Below, in pieces: positions 47,315-64,000 of a DNA stretch of 64,000 bases. The DNA is from the human T2T-CHM13v2.0 reference genome, Homo sapiens, in the NCBI RefSeq assembly GCF_009914755.1, contig NC_060935.1. The stretch is one strand, 5' to 3'. Below the pieces are notes generated by a model, which saw nothing but the letters and a program-made list of their open reading frames with translations, ran no database searches and had not been told where the DNA came from. Both the position numbers and the translations under genes were made by a program. The first letter of the stretch is position 1; each line of letters starts with the position of its first letter.

Positions 47315-48419
47315 CAATTAAAAGGTTTGGAAAAGTGCACAAAACATGTAAATAATGAAATAATAATTAAGCAAATACTGTAACCGTCACCAAAGTCAAG
47401 AAATAGAACATCACCAAAATCCTGTGGTTCTCCATACAGGGGAAAGATGGCAGGAGGCAGATGGAAATGCTGCTGTGTGGCTGGATTAGTGGCCACTCTA
47501 TATACAACTGTGCTGTGTCCCCTCACCTTCCACGTCCCTTAGCAGAGCAGTGATAATTCCCTTCTTTGGGTCTCCTTTTAATCAGTTTATGTCTTTTCTT
47601 AATGGGGAACACTGCCTCTAATTCTTCTTGAATTAAACACAAAAAAATACCAAGCCAACAAAAATCTACAAGCACGGGTTTAACTCTTCATCTGGCTTAC
47701 TTATTCTGCTTCTCATTTTATAGTAACAGATTCTTCCAAGGCTAGACCTTCAACTTGGAGATCCAATTTTTTTCTTCCAATCACTCTGACTCTGGCTGCT
47801 GCCCAGCTACAGGTAGGGCTGCATTGGTCCTTAGTACACAAAATGGTTATTCTACGTATAGCAGTAAGAATCCATTACCTACAGATTCTAGCCCAATGAC
47901 TCCATTCTTACCAAAAATGAAAGTGAGGCCAAGATGATAATTTAACTTATTATACTTCTCCCAGCTCACACAGATAGTAGCTCAGTGCTTTTTCTATCCC
48001 ACTGCACTGCCTATTCATTTTGTAATAGGTCTGTCTCTTTTATTATATTATACATTACTTGGGAGAACACCATGGCTTTTGACTCTAATACATCATGGGA
48101 AACACTCCAAATATGCTGGAGCTAAAAAATTTAATTAATCACATATCACTTCAATTACATGGTAATTGAGCACTGTGAGCCAGCAAAGGTAAAATTTTCA
48201 GATCAGTTAATTAAATTTGCTCTCTTTACAGAGATGTCTTGATTCTGTACGGTCACAGTTTAACTAGAGTAATTGGTATCCTTAGTCAGAGTTTGACATG
48301 TGATAAGGTGCACCATAAATATTTGTAGAATAATGAATATTTATGAACTTTACTTGAATAAGCTAAAAATGGAATTATATCACGTTTTTGGTAATATTTG
48401 CATTGAATTAAAATCAAAA

Positions 48420-50195
<1,776 letters not shown>

Positions 50196-51329
50196 GTATT
50201 TTCTAGATTTTGTATTTTACATTTCTGTTTACTTTTAGCAATTCAAAGAGCATTAGAAATTACAAACACTTTAAATTAATTTTAGTGACTTCCTTCAATA
50301 TTCACTCTTGAATAAGGAGAAAGAAATCTCTTGTTCATCTAAATTGTAATTAGGAAAAAAGACCCAGTGGAATCAAGTCCCAGTTCCAGCCTTTAGAAGC
50401 TCGTGCTCTAGGGTGGCAATATCGGGAGGTAAATACTTTTAAAACAAAATGACACTCGCTTATAATATGCAAAGCTACCAAAGAGAAGGGAACAGTTAAT
50501 CCTTCTTGTGGGAACTGAGGAGTAATCCATACAAGAGGTGGCATTTTGGCTGGATTTTGGAGGGTAAATAGGAGTTCCCTTGGAAAAGGGCATTCCAGGA
50601 AGAAGACATGGGAAAAGAGCATGGATACAGTAGAGCGAGCAGTCAATGTGGCTGTGGTCCGGGATGGTGAGTGGTTGGAAAAGCAGGTGGGGGTCAAGTT
50701 GTTGAGAGCGAGCCTCGTGTGCCAGGGAGTTTGGACTTTATCCCAAGGGCATCAGGGAATGTTTTAAAGGAAGAAAGCAGCATGATGAGATTTGAAATGC
50801 TGTAAGAAAATGCTACTGGTGGTTGTAAAGACAGATTGTGGAAGATGAGATGATGCCCTCTAGAGGGATACTGGAGAGGCAGATAGACCAAGCAAAAAGT
50901 TATGACAATAATCCAGGTGAGACAGGGGGAAGATGAGTCCCTAAACTAAGATTGTGACCATAGTGATGAAAAAGAGGAAGGAAATCCAAGACGTATGTAG
51001 AAGGTAGGATTGATAAAAACAAAACAAAACAAAACCAAAACTGGGGAGATGATTGGCTGCAGGAATGAGAAGAAAATCAAGGATGATCTGAGCCTAATAG
51101 ACTTGGTGGGTGGTCATGCTGTTAATATGGAAACATGGCTTATAGGAAAAGAAACTAGGAGTTGATTTTGTGAGGGAAACAGATGTGGTCGTGGGAAAGT
51201 AAAGACATCATGGACATCCTGGACATCGGGTTCAAGGTTTCAGCTGGAAATTGGGTCTGGAGCTAATGAGAGTGATCTGGTCCATAGGTTATGAGTGACT
51301 TATTTTTAAGGAAGGAAACTATGTTTTCT

Positions 51330-52525
51330 TAACTGGTAAAATATACATCATATAAAATTTACCACTTTAACCATTTTAAGTGTACAATTGAGTTTCATTA
51401 AGTACATTTACAACGTTATATAATTATCACCAATATCCATTTCGAGAGCTATTTTGCCATCCCAAAGAGAAACTCTGTATCCATTAACGAATAGCTCTCT
51501 TCTCCCCTCTCCCTCCAGACTAGTAATCTCTACTCTGCTCTGTCTCTATCAATCTGACTATTCCAGGTACATCCTATAAATGTCAACATACAATAGTTGT
51601 CCTTTTGTGTATGGATTATTTCACTTAGCACAATGTTTTCAAGATTTACTCATGTTGTAGTAGCATTTATCAGAATTTCACTCTTTTTTAATGGCTACAT
51701 AATATTCCATTGTATGGATATAGCATATTTTGTTTATTCATTCATCTATCCATGGGCACTTAGGTAGTTTTCAGCTTTTGGCTGCTCTGCACAATTGTGC
51801 AATGATCATTGGTGTACAAATACCTGTTTGAATTTTTGTTTTCAGTTACTTTGCGTATACACCTGGGAGTAGAATTGCTGGGTCATATGGTAATTCTAGG
51901 TTTAACTTTTTGAGGAGCCACTAAACTGGTTTCTATAGTGGCTATACCCTTTTGCATTCCCACCAGCAATGTACTAGGATTTCAATTTCTCTGTATCCTC
52001 TGTATTCAAAATAACATTTGTTATTTTTTATCTTATTTTTAATTTTTAAAATGATCATGGCCATCTAAGTAGGCACGAAGTGGTATCTCATGGTTGTTTT
52101 CATTTGTATTTCCCTAGTGACTAATGGATAATGCTGCACATCTTTTCACATGGTTGTTGTGCATTGTATATCCTTGGAGAAAGGTCTATTCAAGTCATTT
52201 GCTTATAGTTTTAATTGGGTTATTTGTCTTTTTTTTGAGTTGTAGGAGTTCCTTATATATTCTGGATATCAAACCTTTATCAGATATGTGATTTGCAAAC
52301 ATTTTGCAAATTTCTGTGGGTTGTCTTTCACTTTCTTGATAATGTCTTTTGAGGCACAAAGGTTTCTAATTTTGATGAAGTCCAATTTATCTATTTTTTT
52401 CCTTGGTTGCTCATGCGTTTGGTGTCACATCTAAGAATCAACTGCCAAATCCAAGGTCACGAAGATTTATTTCTACATTTTCTCCTAAGAGTTTTATGGT
52501 TTTAGCTATTATATTTAGGTCATTG
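51330..52525 (-). mobile_element. Old L1MB-type 3' fragment
   Basis: TAAAATTTACCACTTTAACCATTTTAAGTGTACAATT 3' end; GAATTGCTGGGTCATATGGTAATTC. Confidence 0.85.
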
Positions 52526-54725
52526 TTCCAGATGCTTTGATTCTGATAGCTTTCCTTTTCATACCTTTGATTTCTTCTTGCTGTAGTGTGATTTTCTGCT
52601 TTGGTGATCTGAGCAGACTGACTTAACTTGTAATTATGTTAAAGGAGAGTTATTCAGCCCCGGTTAGATTCCTTCTGTGTTACAGTGACTGAATATTTAA
52701 CCTTTATGAAATTCAACTTCCTTATCCGAAAAATGGAAATAGTACTTTTCCTTAGGGTTGTGGTGAGGATTAAATGAGAAGATTAAGTGTATAAAAGACT
52801 TAGCAGTGTTTTTGAAGCACAGTAAAAGCTCAGTAAATGCTGGCTAGTATTGATGTCATTGTTGTCATTATTATGCTGAAAGTTTGTATGTAATATAATA
52901 TCATTTTTCCCCATCTGTGAACCTAGCGTGGAGATCAGACATGTATAAAGGAAAGATACAAGGTTTAAATGATTCTGTTCCAATAATTTTTATTGATACC
53001 AATGTTTTCTGAGACACAAGGAAGTAACTATCTTAAATATTTCAATGTGATTTGTTATAATAATCAACCAAACTAATCTCCTTACTATAGAAGCTATTAA
53101 GCTTTTAAACAAGAAAAGCACATCGTCTTTATGTCAATAAAATCTTTGGGTGTACAGTATGAACAATGGAACAAATTCACGGGAAAAAGTCACGAAAATT
53201 GAAATAGGGTAAATCAGATAGGAAAAGTAACAGGATTTTAATTTCAAATGGAAACATTTTATATTCAACAGCAGGATTTATGCAGAGAAAGGGAAGGTGG
53301 TGGAGCACCTTAGTGGACACACCTGTTGATATGGGTGGCCCTCCCTCTATTTGGGTGAGGGGCAAATAACAAGGTGACATCTAAGCCTTTTGCAAGGCAA
53401 GTGTGAACTGCTGCAGCAACATTGCCTCTCAGTGCAGCTGCCATTGCCCTGGGGCTCATGCATCAGTGGATGGAAAGTTCTAGAACTACAGGAAGAAGGA
53501 GCATAAAGAGGAAAGGACAGTGAAGGAGAGGATGGTCTGAGAGACTACAGCCTTCCTCAGATGCCATGCTATCAGAAGCTAGCTCTCTCCACCACCAAAG
53601 GGAGGAAGCAAAATCAAAACCACTTATTCTTCCTTTCTGTCTATTCCTTCCTTTCCCCCCAAACTGCAGCCTATGAAGAATTTAGACGTTAGTTAACTAA
53701 GTACCTCTCCCCTGCTTGCAAGAGGAAGGGCAGGGAAACTTTCAAATGGGGCTAGATATTTTTTCCATCAGTGCCAATTTTTACAAGTTACACTTCAGAA
53801 AGAAAGTGAAGTAATAATCCTTGTCCCAGCCTGAACTCTGAAGTGGGATGTAACTGTATGCTTGACCTCCTCCATACAGACTCACAGAAGTAGCTTTGTA
53901 TAATAGATTTTACTGGTGAGTAGGGAGTAGGGAGAGGCAAGTTTCAGCCCAGGATCATACTGTAGATAACTTAAAAATTAATATTAAGCTTCCCTGTTCT
54001 TAAAAAAAAAAAATCTTTCACCAAATAGATCTTCTGATCCTGCCCTGGCTTTTCCTATTCTATTTTCCTTCAGTCCTTCCAATGAACTTTCATTCCTTTT
54101 TTAAAATTAGGGGCCCTTTACTAATCTCTAGGCTGTCTCCTTATAATCCAAGCACTCAAGGCCTTCCTTTCCATTGTCAAGCAGTTAGTTAGGTTTGTTG
54201 TTGTTGTTGTTTAAACAAAGACAGTTATTTCTCTAGAGAAACTCTGTGCCTACTGGTGAAACAAGAACTTAGCTGCTCAGCTACATCAGATAACATGAAT
54301 TCCCCTTAGAGTTTGTATAGAGGTAATCATAGTTATGACTATATTTTATTTCATGATTAAAAAAATAGAAGCAAATAATTTACTTCAGATCATGCCTAGA
54401 ACTGTGATGGCAAAAATTCTCTGAGTAATTACTTGGACTATCTGAGAATATTTTTGTCTTTCAATGAGTTACTCTAAGAATATTTGACCTTCCCTGTCCT
54501 CTCTTTTCTCATGTTTAGATTAATATTGAAAACGAATTAGATTGATGCTTAGAGCCAAAATATTTATTGGGACTTTTTATTGTATTGTTTATATCCATAG
54601 CTTTATGCAGTTTACAAAGCTAAAATCAGCAATAATTTTTGAAGAAATCCAAGCACCTAGAGCTTGGGCTGACTCAGGAGGAGGAGGGATAGAGATACCC
54701 AACACACCGAATCAGCTTGCCACTA

Positions 54726-55037
<312 letters not shown>

Positions 55038-55043
55038 GATACT

Positions 55044-57985
55044 GGATTAAGATGGCAGGTAGGAGGCAGGACTAGCTTTCAGCTCCCACTCTGATGGACA
55101 GAGCATGTGGAGACTCACATCATGAACTTTTGCTCCAAGAAGTATGGCAGGAATATATCAGGAAAGCTGAGAGAATCCACAGACCCTTTGAAGGAACTGG
55201 ATCACCTCTGCAAACTCCCTGACACGCCAAAAAACTGTGAGTCGGCTTGCTTTCTCAACAAGGAGGCTCATGATCTGGGGCAAGTTCTCAGCCCTGGTCA
55301 CCGGCTGCCTGGAAATAGTGCTGTTGAGGGGACATGGTGGGAGTGAGACTAGTCTTTAGGACTGAAGGCTGAGTGGGAGTGGGGTGAAGCCTATGACTAA
55401 ACAGAGGCAGCCATAATCCCCCTGGGAATATAAATACATTAGACTGGGAACCGCATTCCCATCCCTGACAGTAGCTGCAGCAACTCCCACCCAAGGAGAG
55501 TTTTGAGCTCAGACACACCTAACCCTGCCCCCACCTGGTGGTCTTTCTGTACCTGTTCTGGTAGCTGAAGACAAAGGTCATAATCTCTTGGGAGCTCTAT
55601 GGCCCTGCCCACCACCTGAGAAACCTGAATACTTAACCAGGTGTCCCTAGGGCATGTTTGCATCCTCCCTATAGGACTGCAGCTGATGCACTTTTGAATG
55701 TGCCATTTCCTGGCTGAAGGCCAACCAACACAAAACCAGCACACTAAGCAAGAAACACAACCAAGGACCCTCAGAGTTCACTTTACTCCCCTGCTATTTC
55801 CACCAGAGCAGGTGCTGGTATCCATGGCTAAGAGACCTGAAGATGGATCACATCACAGGACTCTCTGCAGACACTCCCCACTACCAGCCCAGAGCCCAGT
55901 AGCTACACTGGGTGGCTGGACCCAGGAGAGCAATAACAATCACTGAGGTCTGGCTGTCAGGAAGCCTCATTCCTAGGGGAAGGGGGAGAATACCACATCA
56001 AGGGAGCACCCCGTGGGACAAAAGAATCTGAACAACAGCCCTTGATTCCCAGATCTTCCCTCTGATGTAGTCTACCCAAATGAGAAAGAAACAGAAAAAC
56101 ACTTCTGGTAATACGACAAAACAAGGTCCTTTAACATTTCCAAAAGATCATACCAGCTCACCAAAAATAGATCTAAACCAAGGTGAAATCTCTGAATTGC
56201 CAGAAAAATAATTCAGAAGGTCAATTATTAAGCTAACCAAGGAGGCACCAGAGAAAGGTAAAGTCTAAATTAAAGAAATCAAAAACATGATATAGGATAT
56301 GAAAGGAAAATTCACCAGTGAAATAGCATAAATAAAAAACAGTCACAACTGGAAATTAAGGACACACTTAGAGAAATGCAAAATGCACTGGAAAGTCTCA
56401 GAAATAGAATCAAACAAGCAGAAGAAAGAACTTCAGAGCTTGAAAACAAGACTTTTGAATTAACCCAATCCATCAAAGACAAAGAAAATAAAAAAAAAAA
56501 AAAATGAACAAAGCCCCCAAGAAGTTTGGGACCGTGTTAAACATGTAAACTTAAGAATTATCAGTGTTCCCAAGGAAGAAGAGAAATCTAAAAGTTTGGA
56601 AAACGTATTTGAGGGAATAATCAAGGAAAACTTCCCTGGCCTTGCTAGAGATCCAGACACCAAATACAAGAAACTCAAAGAACACCTGGGAAATTCACCA
56701 TAAAAAGATCATCGCCTAGGCACATAGTCATCAGGCTATCTAAAGTCAAGACAAGGGAAAGAATCTTAAGAGCTGTGAGGGAAAAGCATCAGGTAATCTG
56801 TAAAGGAAAATCTATCAGATTAACAGCAGATTTCTCAGCAGGAACTTTATAAACTAGAAGGGACTGGAGTCCTATTTTTAGTCTCCTTAAACAAAACAAT
56901 TATCAGCCAAGAATTTTGTATCCAGTGAAACTAAGCTTCATAAATGAAAGATACAGTCTTTTCCAGACAAACAAATAGTGAGAGAATTTGCCACTGCCAA
57001 GCCAGCACTACAAGAACTGCTAAAAGGAGCTCTAAATCTTGAAACAAATATTTGAAATATACCAGAATAGAAACTCCTTAAAGGATAAATCTAACAGGAC
57101 CTATATAGCAATAACACAATGAAAAAAAAAAACAAACCAAGATAATCAGGCAACAAATAGCACAATGAATAGAACAGTACCTCACATCTCAATACTAACA
57201 TTGACTCTAAATGGCCTAAATGCTCCACTTAAAAGACACAGAATGCGTAAGAATTCACCAACCAAATTTCTGCTGTCTTCAGAGACTCACCTAACACATA
57301 AGGACTCACATAAACTTAAATTAAAGGGGTGGAAAAAGATATTCCATGCAAATGGACACCAAAAGCAAGCAGGAGTAATTATTCGTATATCAGATAAAAC
57401 AAACTTTAAAGCGACAGCAGTTAAAAAAGACAAAGAGGGACGTTATATAACGATAAAAGGACTAGTCCGACAGGATAATATCACAATTCTATATATATAT
57501 GCACCTAACACTGGCGCTCCCAAATTTATGCAACAATTACTACTAGACCTAAGAAATGAGATACATGGCAACACAATAATAGTGGGGGACTTTAATACTC
57601 CACTGACAGCGCCAGACAGGTCATCAAGACAGAAAGACAACAAAGAAACAATAAACTTAAACTATACCCTACAACAAATGAACTTAACAGATATTTATAG
57701 AACATCCTAGCCAATAACTGCAGAATATATATTCTATTCAGCAACATGGAATGTTCTCCAAGATAGACCATCTGATAGGCCACAAAACAAGTCTCAGTAA
57801 ATTTAAGAAAATTGAAATTATGTCAAGTACTTTCTCAGACCACAGTGGAATAAAATTGGAAATCAACTCCAAAAGGAACCTTCAAAACCATGCAAATACC
57901 TGGAAATTAAATAACCTGCTCCTGAATGATCATTGTGTCAACAATGAAATCAAGATGGAAGTTAAAATATTCTTTGAACTGAATG
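55044..57985 (+). mobile_element. 5' half of an older primate L1 (5'UTR, disrupted ORF1 about 56080-57058, ORF2 endonuclease remnant 57165-57985); 3'-truncated
   Basis: GATTAAGATGGC start; ORF2 EN peptides [55 protein letters not shown]; no RT or poly(A). Confidence 0.92.
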
Positions 57986-59466
57986 ATATTCCTCAGAAGG
58001 AAGTCTAACACTATGTCACATCCTAGTCATTCCTTGAAGTGTATTATCCCTCCTCTCTTCAATTTCCAAGCTCCCCAAGACTCATTCTTCCTTCATCAGC
58101 TCTTAGGATCTATATAGGTTATCTATGCCTCAGTGAGATCTTTAGCCTCCATTAACACTCCCACTTAGATTTTAATTCTATGTCTATAACCGAGGATGCT
58201 CATCTCCTTTTCAAGAGATGTCAAGCATCAGGGAATACATAAGAGTCATTTTGGAGAAAAAGAGCTCTTCCTAACTGTTCCCATCTCCCTACTTTTTTCA
58301 TTCAGTTACCCTCTGCTTTGCCAATGCCTAGGGACGTGTTAGTCTGTCTCTGGCCTTTATTACATGATGAGGGTCTTGTTACTAATTTTTTGTTGCCTAT
58401 AATTGTGCCTCTCAAACCTCTCTACTCAGGTGCCCTTGGCTATCCTAAGGGTGTGGCATGAAGTATCTCTCCATAGGTGGGGAAAATTCTTTGATATCTT
58501 AGGCTTCGTTTTTAATAATTCATGCCAATTTTGCATTTTAATTAATAATATCTTTAATTAAAAAATCTTCCATTACTAAGTCTTTAAGCAAAAACACAAT
58601 AAAAGAATTAACAAACAGATACTTCAGGAACTTTTTTTTGAGGCACTGTTCTAATGCTTTATGAGTATTTAATCTTTGCAATCCTATGAGGTAGCTATTG
58701 TTAATCTCATTTTTACAGATGAAGAAAACAAGGCACAGAGAGATTTAGTAACTTGCTCAAGGTCTCATGAGCTCCTAAATATTGGAGCTGGGATTTAAAA
58801 CCAGACAAAATCTGATGCCTGAGTCTAGAAATCTAGACTTAATCACTTCTATGCTCTTAAACACTTTTGGTTAAGGGTCTGAACCACTTTTCTGTGCCCT
58901 TACCTTGTCTCTCCATTACCGACCCTTTTTCCACCTCCCATTCACCCTTGAAGGTATAAGTGACCTACATTTGTGAAGCTGAAACCTAACAATAAAGACA
59001 AAATTATTTTAATGTGGCATTAAAAGAGTTTTAGGATCTGATAACCATTTACCTCTCCAGCCTCATTTTCTGTCACTTCTTCTCACTTAATGCTTTAATT
59101 ATACCAAGCTACATCTGGCTTCCTGAACTCGCCACACTGTGCCTTTCCTACTCTCCTTCCTGAGTTCCCTACCCACTGCACCCTAACCAGAAAAATTAAC
59201 TGTCTGGAGAATCTCATTTGTCTTTTACAACATGTTAGATGTTGCTCCCTCTTGAATCACTCTCATGTCCCAAGGAAACATTATTCATGTTTCAATATTT
59301 GCATGTCTCTCACTATAGCACAATTTACACCTTAGCACATCTGTCTAGACTCTGAAATCCTTGAGGCAGGAGCTGTCTCATATCATCTCTTCTGCCCCAT
59401 GCGTGATACATACAGTATTTGCTTCCCGGGTTGATGTAGACAATGCCTGAGAGAAGGTCACTTTCC

Positions 59467-59770
59467 TTTTTTTTTTTTTTTTTTTTTTGAGACAGGGTCT
59501 TTCTCTGTTACCCAGGCTGGAGTACGGTGGTGTGATCACAACTCACTGCAGTCTCAAACTCCCAGGCCCAAGCAATCCTTTTACTTCAACCTCCTGAGTA
59601 GCTGGTACTATAGGTGCATGCCACCACTCCCAGCTAATTTTTGTATTTTTAGTTGAGACGGGGTTTTGCCATATTGCCCAGGCTGATATGCAACTCCTGA
59701 GCTCAAGCGATCTTCCCACCTTGGCCTCCCAAAGTGCTGGGATTACAGGCATGAGCCACTGCATCCAGCC
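59467..59770 (-). mobile_element. AluJ
   Basis: Reverse dimer with poly(T). Confidence 0.9.
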
Positions 59771-60291
59771 AGTCTTGCTCTTTTTCTGCAATGTGAGTTA
59801 TAAGGACTATACAAACTTGGAACACATAGTGGCCATCTTGTTAGCACCTGGAGAAAATCTGTATGCAAATAAAACCAAGCAGAGGTCATTAGATTCCCAG
59901 TAGCAGAGTTTGAATCCCTTTTTTCAATCAGACCTAATGGAAGTTACACTACGTGGATTTCCCAATTATGCAAGTCAATAAAATTTCCCACAGTTTTAGT
60001 TTGTTATTGATAGTTTGGGCTGGTTTTCTGACACTTTCAACCAAATAAGTTCTGTGTGATACAGGAGGTTATGATTGTATCTATTTCATCCCAAAAGTTA
60101 TGTAGTTAACACATGTAGAGCTTGGGTATGAATTCAAGCCTGCTTCTCTGTTAAGCTCATTTTCCTTTCAATATTCCATGTTACTCCTCATTCAGTAATT
60201 CAGACATTTTTCATTCATTCTACAAACATATAGTTAGTATATGTCTCATGCCAGGTGCTAGGACTATAGAGACACATGACAGAATGACAGA

Positions 60292-60596
<305 letters not shown>

Positions 60597-60865
60597 GAGA
60601 TTTCTAACACTAGGTTTTTGTGTCATTGTGATAATCATGGCTATTAATAATGAATATATAATATAATGGTTTCGCCAACCAAATTGCTACCTGTTCTGAT
60701 TCTCCCTGTATCCTGAGCCCATTATAGTTATGAAAGGCTCCCCCACTCTTGGTGTGGTAACTGTGAGGGGGCATGCCCTCAGAGTCAAAGGACAGAGGAT
60801 TCTCCAAACCCACTGCTACTGCCCTACTTACAGCTCTTAGTATCCCTCATTTGGGTATTTGCATG

Positions 60866-61260
60866 AGTTTTCTCTCTTTCTCTTTCTTTGTCTTTCTTTC
60901 TCTTTCTCTCTTTCTCTTTCCCTTCCTTCCCCCCTTCTTTCCTTCCTTCCTTCCTTCCTTCCTTCCTTCCTTCCTTCCTTCCTTCTTTAAAAGACAGCAT
61001 CTTACTCTGTCACCAGGATGGAGTGCAGTGCTGTGATCATGGCTTACTACAGCCTCAAACTCCTGGGCTCAAGGGATCCTTCCGAGTAGCTGAGAGTACA
61101 GGCACATGCCACCAAATCAGCTATTTTTCTTTTTTTTATTTTGTAGAAACAGTCTTGCTATGTTGCCCAGACTTGTCTTGAACTCTTGGCTTCAAATGAC
61201 CCTCCCACCTTGACCTCCCAAAGCATTGGGATTAAAGGCATGGGCCATTGTGCCCAGCTG
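60866..61260 (-). mobile_element. AluJ (about 60989-61260) whose tail has expanded into a (CTTT/CCTT)n polypyrimidine tract (60866-60988)
   Basis: Visible (CCTT)n run adjoining a reverse Alu. Confidence 0.88.
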
Positions 61261-61499
61261 CATGCACTTTTTATTCTTTCATTTACTTACCAAATATCTA
61301 TAAAGCTTATGCTATGTGGTCTGGCCCTGTGGTAGGAATGGGGAACTCATGAAGAATAAGACCTGGATTTTACAGACATACAAAACTGGAAGGCAATGTG
61401 GGCTGCACAATGGTAAAGGTATTTGCTGAGGTAAAGAAATATACAGAGGATTTAAACATTTAGCAGGGGCTCTCTGACGGATGCACTGAGGGCAATGAA

Positions 61500-62830
61500 G
61501 GCAGACCCATGCCTGTAATCCTTGTCAGTCCTAATAAGCATGATTTGCTGTCCCCTACAAGGTAGAAGGGCTCTGACTTAATTAACTTGTAACCAAGTGA
61601 CTGGTTGGTGCCATTGAAGGATGGTACCATATTGAGGGTTTAGATTCAATCCTTAATGCTGCCAAGTCAGACCTCCAGCAGCCGCAGCAGCAGAGGCTAG
61701 GTCAACTGTAGCAGGGCTCATGAGTTGCCTCCATGCCTATTACCATGGCCATGCAGTTTGTGGACCCAGTGTTGTTCCTTGGGTAGCTGAGGACACAGGC
61801 CGGCTGACCCCCAGTGGATGCCTCATCCTATCCACACAGGTGTTCAGTGCTTCCTCCTCAGGAGATGTTCTGTTTTGGGCATTGATCTGAGACACAAAGA
61901 TCCACACATTTTATGCTTAAAATTCCATAAATTCATTCAGGCGCTACTTTCCCAAACATCTCTGTCTCTGATTTTATAATCTTGGTATCTTGTTTCATCC
62001 AGAATGTGACAAACCAGCTCAGCAACTTGTGATTACCCAGTAATCTATGTGCACTCTTAACTATGATCACTTCACTTCCCCCGCCATGCCGGGTTGGTGA
62101 CTGCTTATCATCATCATCATCAACACCAAATGTACTCAGCGCTCTGCTTACTGGAAGCAGTACTCTTCCCCATCACCTTTCACAGTCCCCCTGTGTGAGG
62201 TGAAAGTGCAGCAGTAGCCTATTTTCAGTCAGCCAGGCATGAACTTTTTCTTCCTACTTAGTGAATGAGGGGCAGCATAATATCCCACCCCAAAACATGC
62301 CACTTTGGCATAAGGATCATATTAAGCTGAAGGCAATTGAGAAGAAGCAGATACAAGAAAAGCTCTCTGCCTTTTCCCTATTTGCCTAAAAGTGTGACAT
62401 AAATTTGTAAACTAGCTATTATCTTCCATTAGTTAGTTCCCTTGTGCATTTCCCTTCACATAATTTGCAGCTATAGAAACTCAAAGCCCTTTTCTTTTGT
62501 TTTGTCATTTCTCTAAAAATTTGTTGTTCTTCTGTTAAGATGCTATTTAAATCCAAGTTCTTACTACTGCTTTGAGGTACTCATCACTGAATGCTCCTTT
62601 GTGTAAACACATGTTAATCAACGTTTGTCTTTTTACTGTGAATTTGTCTTTGTTGGTCTAATTTTTAGGGCCTCAGCCAGAGAACCTAGGAGGGTAGAGG
62701 GAATAATATTTTTTCTACCCTACATTAGTCATAGGGAACTCCCACAGGGCTGAAAGTATGGGCTGGGGAAGAGCTATTGGTGCAAAAGACATAGGTGACG
62801 TGAGAGGTTTGGCTACTTGGTCATGTGAAG
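61500..62830 (-). mobile_element. Ancient ERVL-like internal (pol) remnant, interrupted by the LTR at 62262-62724
   Basis: Rejoining the LTR flanks gives minus-strand GGAGTTCCCTATGACTAAGTAGGAAGAA, resembling ERVL pol GVPYDQLTEEEK; outer boundaries approximate. Confidence 0.5.
62262..62724 (+). mobile_element. MER39/MER34-group solo LTR
   Basis: TG...CA termini with exact 4-bp TSD TTAG (62258-62261, 62725-62728); CCACCCCAAAACATGCCACTTTGGCATAAGG motif related to the LTR at 1853. Confidence 0.8.
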
Positions 62831-64000
62831 AGTCTCCTACGTTTCCTTAAACTCAATAGCTGTTTTTTTTTTTGTTTTTTTTTTTTTTTGATAATTTGCA
62901 TTTGATTATTTTTGGTCTTTTTCCTCTCAATGCAAATCATGATTAAATTATATAGCATGCCACTACATTTTTTTTTGTGGCATTTAATAATCGATTCAAT
63001 ACTTTTGCCATCAGGATTTTCTTTTGCCTACTTTTTTGTTTTGAGGAAGTTGTATTCATTTGTGGTGAAGGAAAGAATTCTCTAATGTTTTATATATTCC
63101 TTGGAAGGAAGTCTGACATCATGTTACATACTAGTTATTTCAGTCTGAGAATTTCCTAAGGTGTTTGTACCATTAGAAGTGTTCTGCTTGGTAAATACAA
63201 AACTCCACCAGTTCTTCTTTTTCAGGGCCTGCTTCATTGACTGAACTTCCCCAACCTGCATGTGTAGCCTCATCACAGATTGCCTAAAATGATGTCACAT
63301 TGCCATACATTATTAGCAGAGTTATTTTGTATAAGGGACATTCTTTTTCCTTAGGGACCTGTGTTTGGAGTATGCTTATGAGCCAGACAGAGAACTGGGG
63401 AAGCAGAATTGAAGTTCCTGGTTGGTTATAAATAATGTGTGTGGGTAGCATGATGCTGGAGGTGTTGGTACAGCACCCACAACGCACTTGACCACATTTA
63501 TGAGTCCCTTGAGGCGGTGACCGATCATGACCCTGGTTTGTGTTCACAGAACTGGTTTGTGGCCTGACATGCAGGAGGCAATGTAGGGTGGTAGAAACAA
63601 CATGGACTTTGAAATAAGGAACCTCTGGATTGAAATCTCAAAATTTAGATGTGGGTAGGGTATTAACTTCCCTGGGCCTAATTTCTTACCTCAAACATGT
63701 TAATATAGAAGGTCTAAAACTTTCTTGTTTCTGGCCTCCCGGGTCTTAGTGATTTTTTTCATAGTGCCCTTAGGCCAGAAAAATGACCAACAATCCTGTT
63801 TATTAACGGTCCTGTTTATTTAATTAGGTCTAAATCAACTTATTAAGTATGTCCCAACAACTTGGTAGCTATTTAAAAAAAATACCCATAAACTGAAAGA
63901 AAAAATAAATTTTAATTTTATTCTTAAATAGTCACAATTCCTTATGGATGGAATTTGTGTGCCTTTTGGATACCATACAATTTCTTGATTTTTGGAATAA

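Noticed and set aside
57165-58008. 181-aa endonuclease-like ORF as a domesticated gene
   Set aside because: Ordinary L1 ORF2 remnant; a stop and frameshift separate the SDH catalytic motif from the rest

Overview
Human (primate) genomic DNA containing one complete protein-coding gene, MMP7 (matrilysin). It lies on the minus strand with 6 exons, CDS join 46873..46766, 44156..43930, 43844..43696, 41236..41108, 39571..39410, 36974..36946 (804 nt, 267 aa). Its TATA/AP-1/ETS/TCF promoter is at about 46920-47115 and its poly(A) signals at about 36700-36730. This haplotype encodes His77 where I recall Arg77 in the usual reference protein. The rest is intergenic or intronic sequence dominated by Alu, L1, L2/MIR, LTR and DNA-transposon remnants, and almost all ORF-track entries are repeat-derived noise. 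I do not see a supportable, wholly new biological system. The most notable non-obvious items are: (1) a decayed MER34-family env gene plus 3' LTR at 1-2396, colinear with HEMO/ERVMER34-1 as I recall that protein; (2) two templated-insertion scars, a 57-bp Alu fragment inside that env and a 157-bp local duplication inside an AluJ; (3) a perfect 18-bp-stem inverted repeat in the MMP7 upstream region; (4) an L1 with an abrupt internal age discontinuity; (5) inverted Alus flanking MMP7 exons 4-5, which would form a stop-free 291-nt circle. Repeat subfamily names and reference comparisons come from recalled consensus sequences, not searches.
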